A stretch of 64,000 nt of DNA from Candidatus Uhrbacteria bacterium (GCA_903848275.1 CAINGB010000025.1:4713-68712), one strand, 5' to 3'. Positions 36,389-44,977 are shown, counted from the first letter of the stretch. Numbers and translations are program-made. Notes: generated by a model not told the origin, from the letters alone.

Positions 36389-37688
36389 GAGTTGAGCGAT
36401 TTAGCATGCGGGGGAAGGCGATGGTTTCGCGGATGTGGTGGTTGCCGGTGATCCAACGGACGGTGCGCTCGAGACCGATGCCGAAGCCGCTGTGCTGTAC
36501 GGCGCCGTACTTGCGGGTGTTCAAGTACCAGTCATATTCGGCCAAGGGGTAGCCACGATCCACAATTTCCTTTTTGAGCGCGTCGTAGCTTTCTTCACGC
36601 TGACTACCGCCGATAATTTCGCGGCCTTCTTCTGGCGCGATGAGGTCCGCATTCCTGGCGCGGAGGACGCCAGCTTCATCGACGTAACGCTTCATGTAGA
36701 AGGCTTTGACAGCGGCTGGATAATCCTCGATGAAAATTGGCAGTTGATATTTGTTACCGAGGTAGATTTCTTCCTCCGTGCCCATGTCGTCCAAGGGATC
36801 CACGTCGGCGATGCCGTCGGCGATCAAGATGGCTTTGGCTTCCGCGTGCTTGAGGTGGACGAATGGTTCGTCGACTAGTTTTTGTAAGAGCGTGGTGTCG
36901 CGCTCGAGGATTTTGAGCTCGGGGGCGCAGAATTTGAGGACGTCGCCGACGATGCGCTTGACCATCCGTTCCTGCACAGCCATGTTGTCCACTTGGTCGT
37001 GGAAGGCCATTTCCGCGTCCATCATCCAGAGTTCCGAGAGGTGGTGGCGCGTCTTGCTCTTTTCCGCGCGGAAGACGGGGCCGAAGTCGTAAACTTTGCC
37101 GAAGCTCATGATGCCCGCTTCGCTGTAAAGCTGGCCCGATTGCGAGAGATACATGGGATTGCCGTAGTAGTCGACGCTGAAGAGCTGGGTGGTGTCTTCG
37201 CAGCTAGTTGGCTGCAAGATTGGGGTGTCAAAGCGGATGAAACCGGCTTCGTGGAAGAATTGCTCGATGCTGAAGAAGACTTGGTCGCGAATGCGGAGTG
37301 TGGCCCAGGGCGTGGCGCTGCGGAGGTACAAGTCGCGGTTGTCGAAGAGGAAGTCCGGGCCGTGTTCTTTGTTGGCGATTGGGTAATCTTCTGGAGCGAG
37401 CGCGATGATGGCGAAGGCGGTGCCTTGGATTTCGAAGCCGCTTGGCGCACGAGGCTCAGCTTTAACAAGACCGGTGACGGTGACGGAAGACTCGAGGGTC
37501 AGCGACTTGAGGGCGTCCCATTGCTCGGCTGGCAAATCCCCCGCCGAGTAGACGACTTGGACACGGCCGCTGCCGTCGCGGAATTGGAGGAAGAAGATTT
37601 TGCCGCTGCTCCTGAAGTTGTAGGCCCAGCCTTGAAGAGTAATGGTTTCACCGACGAGGGTTGAGAGTTGGGAGATTGAGGGAGTCAT
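36384..37688 (-). CDS. asnS: Asparagine--tRNA ligase
   Basis: LQFRDGSG, YLSQSGQLYSE, FRAEKSKTRHHLSE, EIIGGSQRE, HSGFGIGLER. Confidence 0.93.
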   Translation of the reverse strand: MTPSISQLSTLVGETITLQGWAYNFRSSGKIFFLQFRDGSGRVQVVYSAGDLPAEQWDALKSLTLESSVTVTGLVKAEPRAPSGFEIQGTAFAIIALAPEDYPIANKEHGPDFLFDNRDLYLRSATPWATLRIRDQVFFSIEQFFHEAGFIRFDTPILQPTSCEDTTQLFSVDYYGNPMYLSQSGQLYSEAGIMSFGKVYDFGPVFRAEKSKTRHHLSELWMMDAEMAFHDQVDNMAVQERMVKRIVGDVLKFCAPELKILERDTTLLQKLVDEPFVHLKHAEAKAILIADGIADVDPLDDMGTEEEIYLGNKYQLPIFIEDYPAAVKAFYMKRYVDEAGVLRARNADLIAPEEGREIIGGSQREESYDALKKEIVDRGYPLAEYDWYLNTRKYGAVQHSGFGIGLERTVRWITGNHHIRETIAFPRMLNRSTP

Positions 37689-37705
37689 ATAGAGATATTG
37701 TTTTG

Positions 37706-37848
37706 AGTTGGTCACGTTTTGTGACCAACTGGCTACCTGGGGACAATCTGTCCCCAGGTAGCCATCGTAAGAATAGTTTTTTTCGTTCTCAAGTGGTGAC
37801 AACCTGTCACCACTTGACCTCAGTCTGTCACAGTTTGTGACAGACTGA
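37706..37848. repeat. Array of four palindromes with an ACA-N3-TGT core
   Basis: Units at 37706-37730, 37731-37763, 37789-37817 and 37820-37848; perfect arms of 10-15 bp. Confidence 0.9.
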
Positions 37849-37994
37849 AAAATAAAATTCACCCGTACAGAACGACGAGTTAGGCTCATCATTTTGTAAG
37901 GGCGAATCTTCATTAGATCGCGGTGCCACCTCACTTTAGGCTTTTAAGCAATTGTGCGCGCTGGTCGTTAAGCAGCGGGAGGATTGTCAGGCCT
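37848..37994 (-). promoter_or_regulatory. T-box riboswitch (transcriptional) for asnS-aspS
   Basis: gtgagg-TGGCACC-gcga..tcgc-ccttac antiterminator; overlapping terminator attcgccc..gggtgaat-tttattttt; AAC in an upstream loop. Confidence 0.8.
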
Positions 37995-38000
37995 GGTAAG

Positions 38001-38029
38001 ACTATAGCTGAACGGGGATTTGGTGGCAA
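38001..38029 (-). promoter_or_regulatory. sigma70 promoter of the T-box leader
   Basis: TTGCCA-N17-TATAGT. Confidence 0.75.
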
Positions 38030-38115
38030 GCCTCTAGAATAGAAGAACGACACCGGGGGCATGCCGTTCCCCTGGGGGTCGGGCACCTCACGGTGTCGTT
38101 AAAGTAGAGTTGCAA

Positions 38116-38403
38116 TTAGGCGGGCCTGGTACGCCACTCTCCATCGAGGAAAAAGACGGCACGATGCACGAGCCAACCATCCGAGCGACGGAACACCGAG
38201 CCGAAGATGTGCTCATCAATCTTCCATTCCTCGGGGAAATCCTGAGTCGCCAGACGGTGATCCAAGACGTGTGAGGGACAGAGCCAACTGGGGGTTTGGA
38301 TATCAACCAGGCCGCGGGGGAGGTGTTTGGGCTGGTCGGCCTCGTTGTAGGTGCAACCAGCGGGGATGATGGGGATGCCGGAACAATCGACCATTTGAGG
38401 CAT
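38116..38403 (-). CDS. Hypothetical protein, possibly truncated or pseudogene
   Basis: HVLDHRLATQDFPEEWK..FGSVFRRSDG..FFLDGEW; frame stays open past the TAA; promoter-like TTGACA..TATACT upstream. Confidence 0.5.
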   Translation of the reverse strand: MPQMVDCSGIPIIPAGCTYNEADQPKHLPRGLVDIQTPSWLCPSHVLDHRLATQDFPEEWKIDEHIFGSVFRRSDGWLVHRAVFFLDGEWRTRPA

Positions 38404-38506
38404 TGGGAAACTCCAGGTTGGTGATAAGTTGACCTAAATTAGTATAGCAAAAAAATGGCCTTTTGTCAAGCCATGGTGTCAATTATTTGGCTAAAATTGG
38501 CTTAGT

Positions 38507-39295
38507 TTATGGGGTTGATGTGAGGGGTAAAATGCCGGTCCAGAAGGGTTGCGTGGGGTGGCCGGGGACGTGGTAAAGGACGGTGTCGTGGACGCAAGCG
38601 GCCAGAGAGGCGACGTCGGCGCCTTTGAGAGGATAGCGGAAAAGGCCGTCGTAGGAGCTGTCGCGAGCGAGGCGGAGGAGTTGGACGACTTCCTGGCGAA
38701 GGGGCGTGGCCAGGAACCATTCGCCGGGGTTTTTGGCAATGCAGTTGGAGCAAACCAGTCCCCCACGGCCGCCATGCCAGCGGAAAGATAGTGGCACGAT
38801 CTCACCCTCGCAACCAACGCAATGGTCGAGCGCGACGTTGTAGCCGAGTTGGCGCATCAAACGTAAGAGAAAGCCGCTCAGCAAAAAAGTGCTGCGGGTG
38901 GGGTGCAGCGTCTGCTGAGCTTCGAGAAAATGGAGCCAAGTGGTTAGCTCGCCGTAGAGTACGGCGTCCTCTTGCTCTTCGTGAATGATTTTGTCGAGGA
39001 GGCCGAGGGAGGTGAGGGCGAGGAGGCGATGGTCGATGGATTCAGCGATGTTTTTGAAGGCGTGTTTACGTTCGACGCCGATGACGGTGACGGAATGCGC
39101 GCCGCGGATAATTTCGAGGTCGAGAATGGCGCAGGGCCCAAGATGTGGAGAGAGTTTGGCGAGAGGTTTAGCGGCGCCACGACCGAAGAACTCGAGCTTG
39201 CCGTGGCCGGGCGTCAACGCTGAATAACGGCGATCGGCTTCGCGCCAAGGAGAAACTGATAATATTATCGCTTCAGTTTTTATACTCGCCCACAT
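38507..39295 (-). CDS. recO: DNA repair protein RecO
   Basis: TEAIIL..WREADR..T..HGK; Zn finger CVGC..GGLVCSNC. Confidence 0.9.
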   Translation of the reverse strand: MWASIKTEAIILSVSPWREADRRYSALTPGHGKLEFFGRGAAKPLAKLSPHLGPCAILDLEIIRGAHSVTVIGVERKHAFKNIAESIDHRLLALTSLGLLDKIIHEEQEDAVLYGELTTWLHFLEAQQTLHPTRSTFLLSGFLLRLMRQLGYNVALDHCVGCEGEIVPLSFRWHGGRGGLVCSNCIAKNPGEWFLATPLRQEVVQLLRLARDSSYDGLFRYPLKGADVASLAACVHDTVLYHVPGHPTQPFWTGILPLTSTP

Positions 39296-39305
39296 ACAAC
39301 GAAAA

Positions 39306-39707
39306 CTAAGCGAGGCGGCGGAGGTCGTCGAGATGGGCTTGAAGAACGAGTTGCGCGGCGATGGCGTCTTCCTGGGCTTTGACGCCGAATTCCTGTTGCA
39401 TGCGGCGAGCTTCCGAAGATGAGAATTTTTCGTCCGCTGTGATAATGGGGAGAGGTGTCGACGAAGCTAAAAGATCGATAAACTTTTTAGTGAGATCGAC
39501 CTGAGTCGAGGAATGCTCGGGATTGCTTTGATAAGGCACGCCGACTACGAGAGCGTCGATGCTTTCGGCCTTGGCGAGCTTGAGAATGACGGGAATAGCG
39601 GCATCGCCACCGACGATGACTTCTAGGGGAAACGCCAAGCCGGAGCTGTCGTCGCCGATAGCTAAGCCGATTTTTTTGAGGCCGAAGTCGATGCCGAGGA
39701 AGCGCAC
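39306..39707 (-). CDS. ruvX: RuvX/YqgF RNase H-fold nuclease
   Basis: GTG start, FLGIDFGLKKIGLA, DEKFSS, DAIAAQLVLQ. Confidence 0.92.
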   Translation of the reverse strand: MRFLGIDFGLKKIGLAIGDDSSGLAFPLEVIVGGDAAIPVILKLAKAESIDALVVGVPYQSNPEHSSTQVDLTKKFIDLLASSTPLPIITADEKFSSSEARRMQQEFGVKAQEDAIAAQLVLQAHLDDLRRLA

Positions 39708-39708
39708 A

Positions 39709-40155
39709 TTATTTGACGTCAGACTGGAAGTCAACGCGGAGAACTTGACCGTCCACACTGACTGGAAGGTCGTCGGTAACGCTGAAGACCTGGTCGCCGT
39801 TGTCGACATGGAGGAGCGCAATGTAATCCTTGCTCGGGTCGAGCGGGGTGGTTAAGCGAACGCCAGTACCCTCATGCAAACCGTGATCCAAGAAGCCGGA
39901 GGTAGCAATAATTGGACCAGGAGCCTTGCCGATAGCCTCGTGAATAGTAATGAAACCGTCCTTAACCAGGTTGACAGTAAACATTTGCATATTGGCCCAG
40001 CTGGCACCCGGGGTGATGGCGAGGGTGGAGCCTGGAACGTCGACCGGTACATAATCTGGCTTGGCTGGCGGTGCAGCAAAGAAGAGAACGCCGAGGCCGG
40101 TGATGGCGGCGAGAATGACGACGAGGACGACGATGTCAGTTTTTTTGAAGATCAT
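39709..40155 (-). CDS. Membrane-anchored hypothetical protein
   Basis: N-terminal TM; GFITIHE..ALLHVDNGD beta-rich domain. Confidence 0.7.
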   Translation of the reverse strand: MIFKKTDIVVLVVILAAITGLGVLFFAAPPAKPDYVPVDVPGSTLAITPGASWANMQMFTVNLVKDGFITIHEAIGKAPGPIIATSGFLDHGLHEGTGVRLTTPLDPSKDYIALLHVDNGDQVFSVTDDLPVSVDGQVLRVDFQSDVK

Positions 40156-40349
40156 ATTTTGGTTAATTGAAGATCCATGAAGGAGGTGTCGGAGGCGTCT
40201 ATACTCTCATAATCGACGAAAAAGTCGAGGCTACCGACGCGCACTTCGTAGCCGCCGTCGTAATGGTTGGGGGTGATGTAAACAGTCTCTCCGCTAACTT
40301 TAGCGACGTGCTGGCGGATGAAGGCTTCGTCGGAGGTTTGATCGCGCAT
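40152..40349 (-). CDS. Small hypothetical protein
   Basis: 65 aa, 4-bp overlap with the next gene, TACACT upstream. Confidence 0.55.
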   Translation of the reverse strand: MRDQTSDEAFIRQHVAKVSGETVYITPNHYDGGYEVRVGSLDFFVDYESIDASDTSFMDLQLTKI

Positions 40350-40395
40350 ACGAGAGTTAGTGTACCTGAACGGTGACTTGGAACAAGGAGGGTGG

Positions 40396-40445
40396 GGATA
40401 AGTGGTCTACATTCAATGTATACATTGAATGTAGACCACTTATCC
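40396..40445. repeat. 50-bp perfect palindrome
   Basis: ggataagtggtctacattcaatgta|tacattgaatgtagaccacttatcc. Confidence 0.9.
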
Positions 40446-41276
40446 ACGGAGGCCGATGAAGTTACCGCTTTCGTAGCGGCGGACGGAGCCGTAGAAGGCG
40501 GCGATGCTGATGAGGAGCCAGAGGAGAGCGATGAGCCAGACGAGGCCGAGGGTGAGCCAGCTGTGGCCCATGACGGCTTCCACGGGGAGACCACCGACGG
40601 TGAGGGACGGAATGAGAACGACGAAGATGAAACGGGCGACTTTTGGAAATAAGGCGGAGGGATACATGGTTGGGTTCATGAAAACCTTAAAGACGGCCAT
40701 GACAGTGTGATTGGAATCGGGAAGATAAAAGGCGGCGGTACCGGCGACCACGCTGACGCTCAAAAAGATCAACATGGTGGCTGGCAACATGGCGGCGAAC
40801 CAAACGAGCGAGAGAGCTGAGCCGGTTATGACAGCATAAGCAATAATCAAAATCACGCCGAGTAAAGCGTCGCCCAAACCAGCGAGGTCGAAGCGACTGG
40901 TCATGGTGCGCACATAAAGATTGCGGGGCGAGAGTAGAAAGCCATCGAATGTTCCCTGCTCGACATAACGCGGTAACCACAAACTGCCACCAGCAAAGCC
41001 GAACGTGAAGCCGTAACACATGAGGTTCATGCCGAGCAGCGCAAAAATTTGAGTGCCGCTCCAGCCGTTGACGCTGCCCATGACCTGGAAGAATAAGATC
41101 CACAAGGCTAAGAAGGCGCAGTCGTTAATCATCATGCCGACGATCTGCAACATGAAAGCAGTACGGAATTCCATGGCGGCACGAAAATTAGTCAGCCAAA
41201 TAATCCGAGCGACCGTGAACTCGGCGATGAGGCCAGAAACGAATGATCGTTTATTTTTAATGCGCTTAGCCCCCAT
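40440..41276 (-). CDS. ABC-2 family transporter permease
   Basis: Six TM segments; GTFDGFLLSP, VRRYESG. Confidence 0.85.
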   Translation of the reverse strand: MGAKRIKNKRSFVSGLIAEFTVARIIWLTNFRAAMEFRTAFMLQIVGMMINDCAFLALWILFFQVMGSVNGWSGTQIFALLGMNLMCYGFTFGFAGGSLWLPRYVEQGTFDGFLLSPRNLYVRTMTSRFDLAGLGDALLGVILIIAYAVITGSALSLVWFAAMLPATMLIFLSVSVVAGTAAFYLPDSNHTVMAVFKVFMNPTMYPSALFPKVARFIFVVLIPSLTVGGLPVEAVMGHSWLTLGLVWLIALLWLLISIAAFYGSVRRYESGNFIGLRG

Positions 41277-42081
41277 AAATTGATAAGATCTTTTTGGCGC
41301 GACGCCAGCTAAAGGTGGCGAACGATAACATTACGATGCACCAGATTAGTTGAGACAATAACAGCGTCGGAAATTCTGCCGCGAAGTCGCCTGTAAAAGC
41401 TCGAGCAAAAGAAATCATGGCGCCCATAGGCAGCCAAGTCGCCAAGATCTTCAACCAACTTGGGAAAAAGACAACGGGCACGATGGAGCCACCAAGAATC
41501 ATGACGCTTTTGTCGAAAATCCACATGACTGGCTCGGGGTCGTCCAACCAAAATGAAGTTATGCCAATGCAAGCAAAGGAGAACATGGAGAGCAGAAAAC
41601 CGAAGAAGCCGAGGCTTAAGAACTCGACCAGCCAGATTAACGAGAAGTCGACTGGAGGCGCGCCGGCCATGAGGAATAAGATTATAAATGAGATAGTGAG
41701 AGTTGAGATGCAGACCCAGGTTTGACGACCTAGGCGCTTGCAAACCGTGAGAATGATGTAGTCAACAGGCTTGTTTAAGATGCCTTCGACACTGCCGCCT
41801 TTGACGTCAAAAGCAATGTCGCGATAAATGTTACGAACACCGGTTGACCAATAAACGGTGTACATGCCGATGGACCAGAGGGACATGGCTAAGGTGACGC
41901 CCTGAATGGAAGAGCGGGCAGCGAAAGCGAAATGGTAAACAGAAAAGAGCGTCACGAGTGTGACGCTAATAGCACAGCAGTTAGAAAAAATTGTCGCGTA
42001 GTTACTAGAACTATCGCGCGCGGAGATGCGAGCGGCGACCCAGTATTTACGGAGGGACAAATAGCTACTTTTTAGCCCCAT
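41266..42081 (-). CDS. ABC-2 family transporter permease
   Basis: DVKGGSVEGILNKP, LGGSIVPVVFFP, C-terminal IYGG. Confidence 0.85.
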   Translation of the reverse strand: MGLKSSYLSLRKYWVAARISARDSSSNYATIFSNCCAISVTLVTLFSVYHFAFAARSSIQGVTLAMSLWSIGMYTVYWSTGVRNIYRDIAFDVKGGSVEGILNKPVDYIILTVCKRLGRQTWVCISTLTISFIILFLMAGAPPVDFSLIWLVEFLSLGFFGFLLSMFSFACIGITSFWLDDPEPVMWIFDKSVMILGGSIVPVVFFPSWLKILATWLPMGAMISFARAFTGDFAAEFPTLLLSQLIWCIVMLSFATFSWRRAKKILSIYGG

Positions 42082-42889
42082 AAATATCTTGAATGATTTC
42101 TTCGAGCGATGGTTCGACGGCGACCATTTTCACGGGGCGGTGAGCGAAGTAGTCGTGCTTGAGGGCGTCGGTAGATTCGTCGACCACAATGCGGCCGTGG
42201 TTGACGACCATGGTGCGAGTGCAGAGTGCTTCGATGTCGCCGACGTCGTGACTGGTGAGAAAGAGAGTGACGCCTTCTTCGCGATTGATGCGACCCAAGA
42301 CTTCGCGGAGGGATTTTTTGGCGACGATGTCGAGGCCGATGGTGGGTTCGTCGAGGAAGATGATTTCTGGTTTGTGAATGAGGGCGACGGCGATTTCGGC
42401 CCGCATGCGTTGACCGAGCGAGAGCTTGCGGACGGGACGGTCGACGAATTCAGCGAGATCGAAGAGGCCGATGAGTTCTTTTTGACGACGACGGACGGTG
42501 GCTGGGGAGAGTTCGTAAATGGCGCCGAAGAGTTCGAAGGAGTCGCGGACCGGAAGATTCGGCACGAGTTGGGAGCGTTGGCCGAAGAGGGTGCCAATGC
42601 GGAAGGCCAGCTCGCGGCGGTTTTTGTAAGGGTGGAGGCCGGCCACGGTCATGTTGCCAGACGTGGGGTAAAGAATGCCGGTGAGCATCTTAATCGTCGT
42701 CGACTTCCCTGCCCCGTTCGGGCCAATAAAAGCGACAGCCTCCCCTTCCGGCACCGTAAAGCTGATGTCGTCGACGGCGGTGACAATCTCTTTCTCTGGC
42801 TTAAAAAAGTTGCGCAGGCGGCCTTGTTCTGGTTGACGCACGGCCAGACTAAAGCTTTTGACGAGATGGCTGACGGTGATGGCGGGCAT
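42065..42889 (-). CDS. ABC transporter ATP-binding protein
   Basis: GPNGAGKST, LSLGQRMR, LDEPTIGLD, SH. Confidence 0.95.
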   Translation of the reverse strand: MPAITVSHLVKSFSLAVRQPEQGRLRNFFKPEKEIVTAVDDISFTVPEGEAVAFIGPNGAGKSTTIKMLTGILYPTSGNMTVAGLHPYKNRRELAFRIGTLFGQRSQLVPNLPVRDSFELFGAIYELSPATVRRRQKELIGLFDLAEFVDRPVRKLSLGQRMRAEIAVALIHKPEIIFLDEPTIGLDIVAKKSLREVLGRINREEGVTLFLTSHDVGDIEALCTRTMVVNHGRIVVDESTDALKHDYFAHRPVKMVAVEPSLEEIIQDIYGAKK

Positions 42890-43009
42890 AATGAGGTGAT
42901 TATAGCACAATGGGAGGTGCTAGGTGCTACCCAGTACCTAGGGTGAGTTCAAACCCCAATGCACCACCCTGTAAACATTGAGGTTTGAACTCACCGGGGG
43001 ATAATTAGC

Positions 43010-43038
43010 TAGACAAAAGTGCGTTTTTGTGATACTAT
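43010..43038 (+). promoter_or_regulatory. sigma70 promoter for the structured leader and RNHCP gene
   Basis: TAGACA-N17-TACTAT with TG extension. Confidence 0.7.
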
Positions 43039-43069
43039 GCACAGTTACACAGAAACAATAAAAACCTCA

Positions 43070-43296
43070 TGCCTTGTCCACTAGGGGTGGACGCCATTGG
43101 CAGTGAATATAGCAAACAGTTATCGCTGGCCAAGTCTGTCATGGACTTGGACAATGGCGAGTAAAACTCGTCGTAGTCCGGATTCTCACCGTGAGATGAA
43201 GTAGGAAGCGAAAGTAATCGCGTGAGCGGTGAATGCCTTAACCCTTGCTGTGTAAGCCTGCATCAAAGAACAAGCTGAACCCTGTGCCAACAGGGT
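43070..43296 (+). ncRNA. Candidate multi-stem structured RNA upstream of the RNHCP gene
   Basis: Stems gtccac/gtggac, cgccattg/caatggcg, ccaagtct/ggacttgg, cgagt/actcg, tctca/tgaga, atcgc-GTGA-gcggt, accctgt/acagggt. Confidence 0.6.
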
Positions 43297-43623
43297 ATGA
43301 GGAAAAATTTCCTAGGTAGTGGCAACGATGCCTTTGTTTGCGAGAATTGCAAACTGACCGTCCGGCCGCTGACCAATGGGAGCTACCGTGATCACTGTCC
43401 GCGCTGCTTATACTGCAAACACGTCGACGTAGTGCCAGGAGACCGATTGGCAACTTGCCAGGGGTTGATGGAACCAGTTGGTGTGGAGTACTCGCCCAAG
43501 AAGGGTTGGATGATTCTGCACCGCTGTACACGTTGTACGGAACTGCGTCGTAATAAAGCAGCGTTGAATGATACTGAAGCGGATGACTACGAATTGATTA
43601 TCGCGCTCGCTAGCTCGCCATAA
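43297..43623 (+). CDS. RNHCP domain zinc-binding protein
   Basis: FVCENC, YRDHCPRCL..KHVD..PGDR..CQGLMEP, HRCTRC. Confidence 0.92.
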   Translation: MRKNFLGSGNDAFVCENCKLTVRPLTNGSYRDHCPRCLYCKHVDVVPGDRLATCQGLMEPVGVEYSPKKGWMILHRCTRCTELRRNKAALNDTEADDYELIIALASSP

Positions 43624-43625
43624 AG

Positions 43626-43651
43626 AAAACCACCCATGATTGGGTGGTTTT
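43626..43651. terminator. Bidirectional terminator
   Basis: aaaaccaccca-tgat-tgggtggttttt. Confidence 0.75.
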
Positions 43652-43689
43652 TCGTGTTTCAAAATGAGAGATGGAAATAGGAAAATATT

Positions 43690-44064
43690 TTAGCTTATCC
43701 CATTGTACAACCAAATTAATAAAAATATTGATACAGACTCCTCAATAATACGTCCGAAGCAACCCACCCAGAACCACGTTTGTTGCTTTGTATTTAAATC
43801 CTTATTTTTACCTGACAGAATATAAAATGTACCAAATACTGCTCCACCCAAAGCAAATAAAGTAGTTATAATACTAAATAAACACAGCACTCCAAAACCC
43901 ACTAAAGCTACCCAACCAACCCACTGCCACCCGATTGTATTAGTAAAAAATAGCGCCACGGAGACGGCTATACCGTAGAAAATAATATTTTTAATGGCGT
44001 CTCTCCAAACTTTCCCCGCTACTAGTCTCGCCTGAACAATATCATCGTGTGTCGTTAATGCCAT
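43690..44064 (-). CDS. AT-rich integral membrane hypothetical protein
   Basis: MALTTHDD start; about three TM helices. Confidence 0.65.
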   Translation of the reverse strand: MALTTHDDIVQARLVAGKVWRDAIKNIIFYGIAVSVALFFTNTIGWQWVGWVALVGFGVLCLFSIITTLFALGGAVFGTFYILSGKNKDLNTKQQTWFWVGCFGRIIEESVSIFLLIWLYNGIS

Positions 44065-44194
44065 AATATAATAATGAGATAATATATGAATTCTCCCATG
44101 TACTCCGAGGATGCTGATGTGTTTGCTTGAGTACGCCAATCTGTTTCGTGGATAACTCCTGTAAAATTGGAATTTGGTGAGTTCGATATTTGAT

Positions 44195-44977
44195 TTAGAT
44201 ACGTACTTTCGGCTGCGGGGTGAGAATTTCGACACCAGCTTCGGTGACAGCAATGGTGACTTCGAAGTGAGCGGCGTCGGAGCCGTCCAGGGTTTTGATG
44301 GTCCAGCCGTCGTCGCCGGTGGTGACGTCGCTGTCGCCGGTGGTCAGCATTGGTTCGATGGCGAGGACCATGCCGGAGACGATTTTGACGGTTGGGAAGG
44401 CTTTGCCGGCGCGGTAGTTAGGAATGTGTGGTGGCTCGTGGACTTTGTGACCCACGCCGTGGCCGACGAGGGCGGTGACGATGCCGTAGCGGCCGTCCAC
44501 AGCGTCCTCTACAGCGTCGCCGATGTCCGCGATGTTGCCACCGAGTTTGACGGCGTCGATACCAGCGTACATGGCGTCGCGAGTGAGGCGTATGAGGGCC
44601 AGGCGTTCCTGACTGACATTGCCGACGGGGACGGTGACCGCCATGTCCGTGGCGAGATTTTCGAGCCAGAGACCAATGTCGAGGCCGACGATGTCCCCTT
44701 CTTTGAGGACTAAATTGCGGTTGCCGAGGCCGTGGACAATTTCGTCGTTAACGGAAATGCAGACGGTCGAGGGAAATGGAATAGAGCCGCCAGCTTTGTA
44801 GCCGCGGAATGAAGGCTTGCCGCCGCCCTTTTCGATAACTTCGGTCGCGATAGCATCGAGCGACCGAATAGTAACGCCCGGTTTGACGGCGTCGACTGCG
44901 GCTTGGAGGGCTTGGGAGAGTAGCAGTCCACCGCGGCGGAGGGCATCTATTTCGGTAGAGGTTTTCGTTAATGACAT
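44195..44977 (-). CDS. map: Methionine aminopeptidase
   Basis: CISVNDEIVHG, GHGVG..HEPP, AIEPM, AAHFE. Confidence 0.96.
   Translation of the reverse strand: MSLTKTSTEIDALRRGGLLLSQALQAAVDAVKPGVTIRSLDAIATEVIEKGGGKPSFRGYKAGGSIPFPSTVCISVNDEIVHGLGNRNLVLKEGDIVGLDIGLWLENLATDMAVTVPVGNVSQERLALIRLTRDAMYAGIDAVKLGGNIADIGDAVEDAVDGRYGIVTALVGHGVGHKVHEPPHIPNYRAGKAFPTVKIVSGMVLAIEPMLTTGDSDVTTGDDGWTIKTLDGSDAAHFEVTIAVTEAGVEILTPQPKVRI

Noticed and set aside
37706-37848. CRISPR interpretation of the palindrome array (also of the 26.4-26.7 kb units)
   Set aside because: No identical direct repeats with regular spacers and no cas genes in the window
37689-37934. 82-aa N-terminal extension of AsnRS in the ORF track
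   Set aside because: Overlaps the T-box antiterminator/terminator and the palindromes; the AsnRS OB fold begins at Met 37688
43070-43296. RNase P, tmRNA or SRP identity for the structured leader
   Set aside because: Lacks GAGGAAAGTC, tRNA-Ala-like ends with a tag ORF, and the SRP domain IV hairpin context
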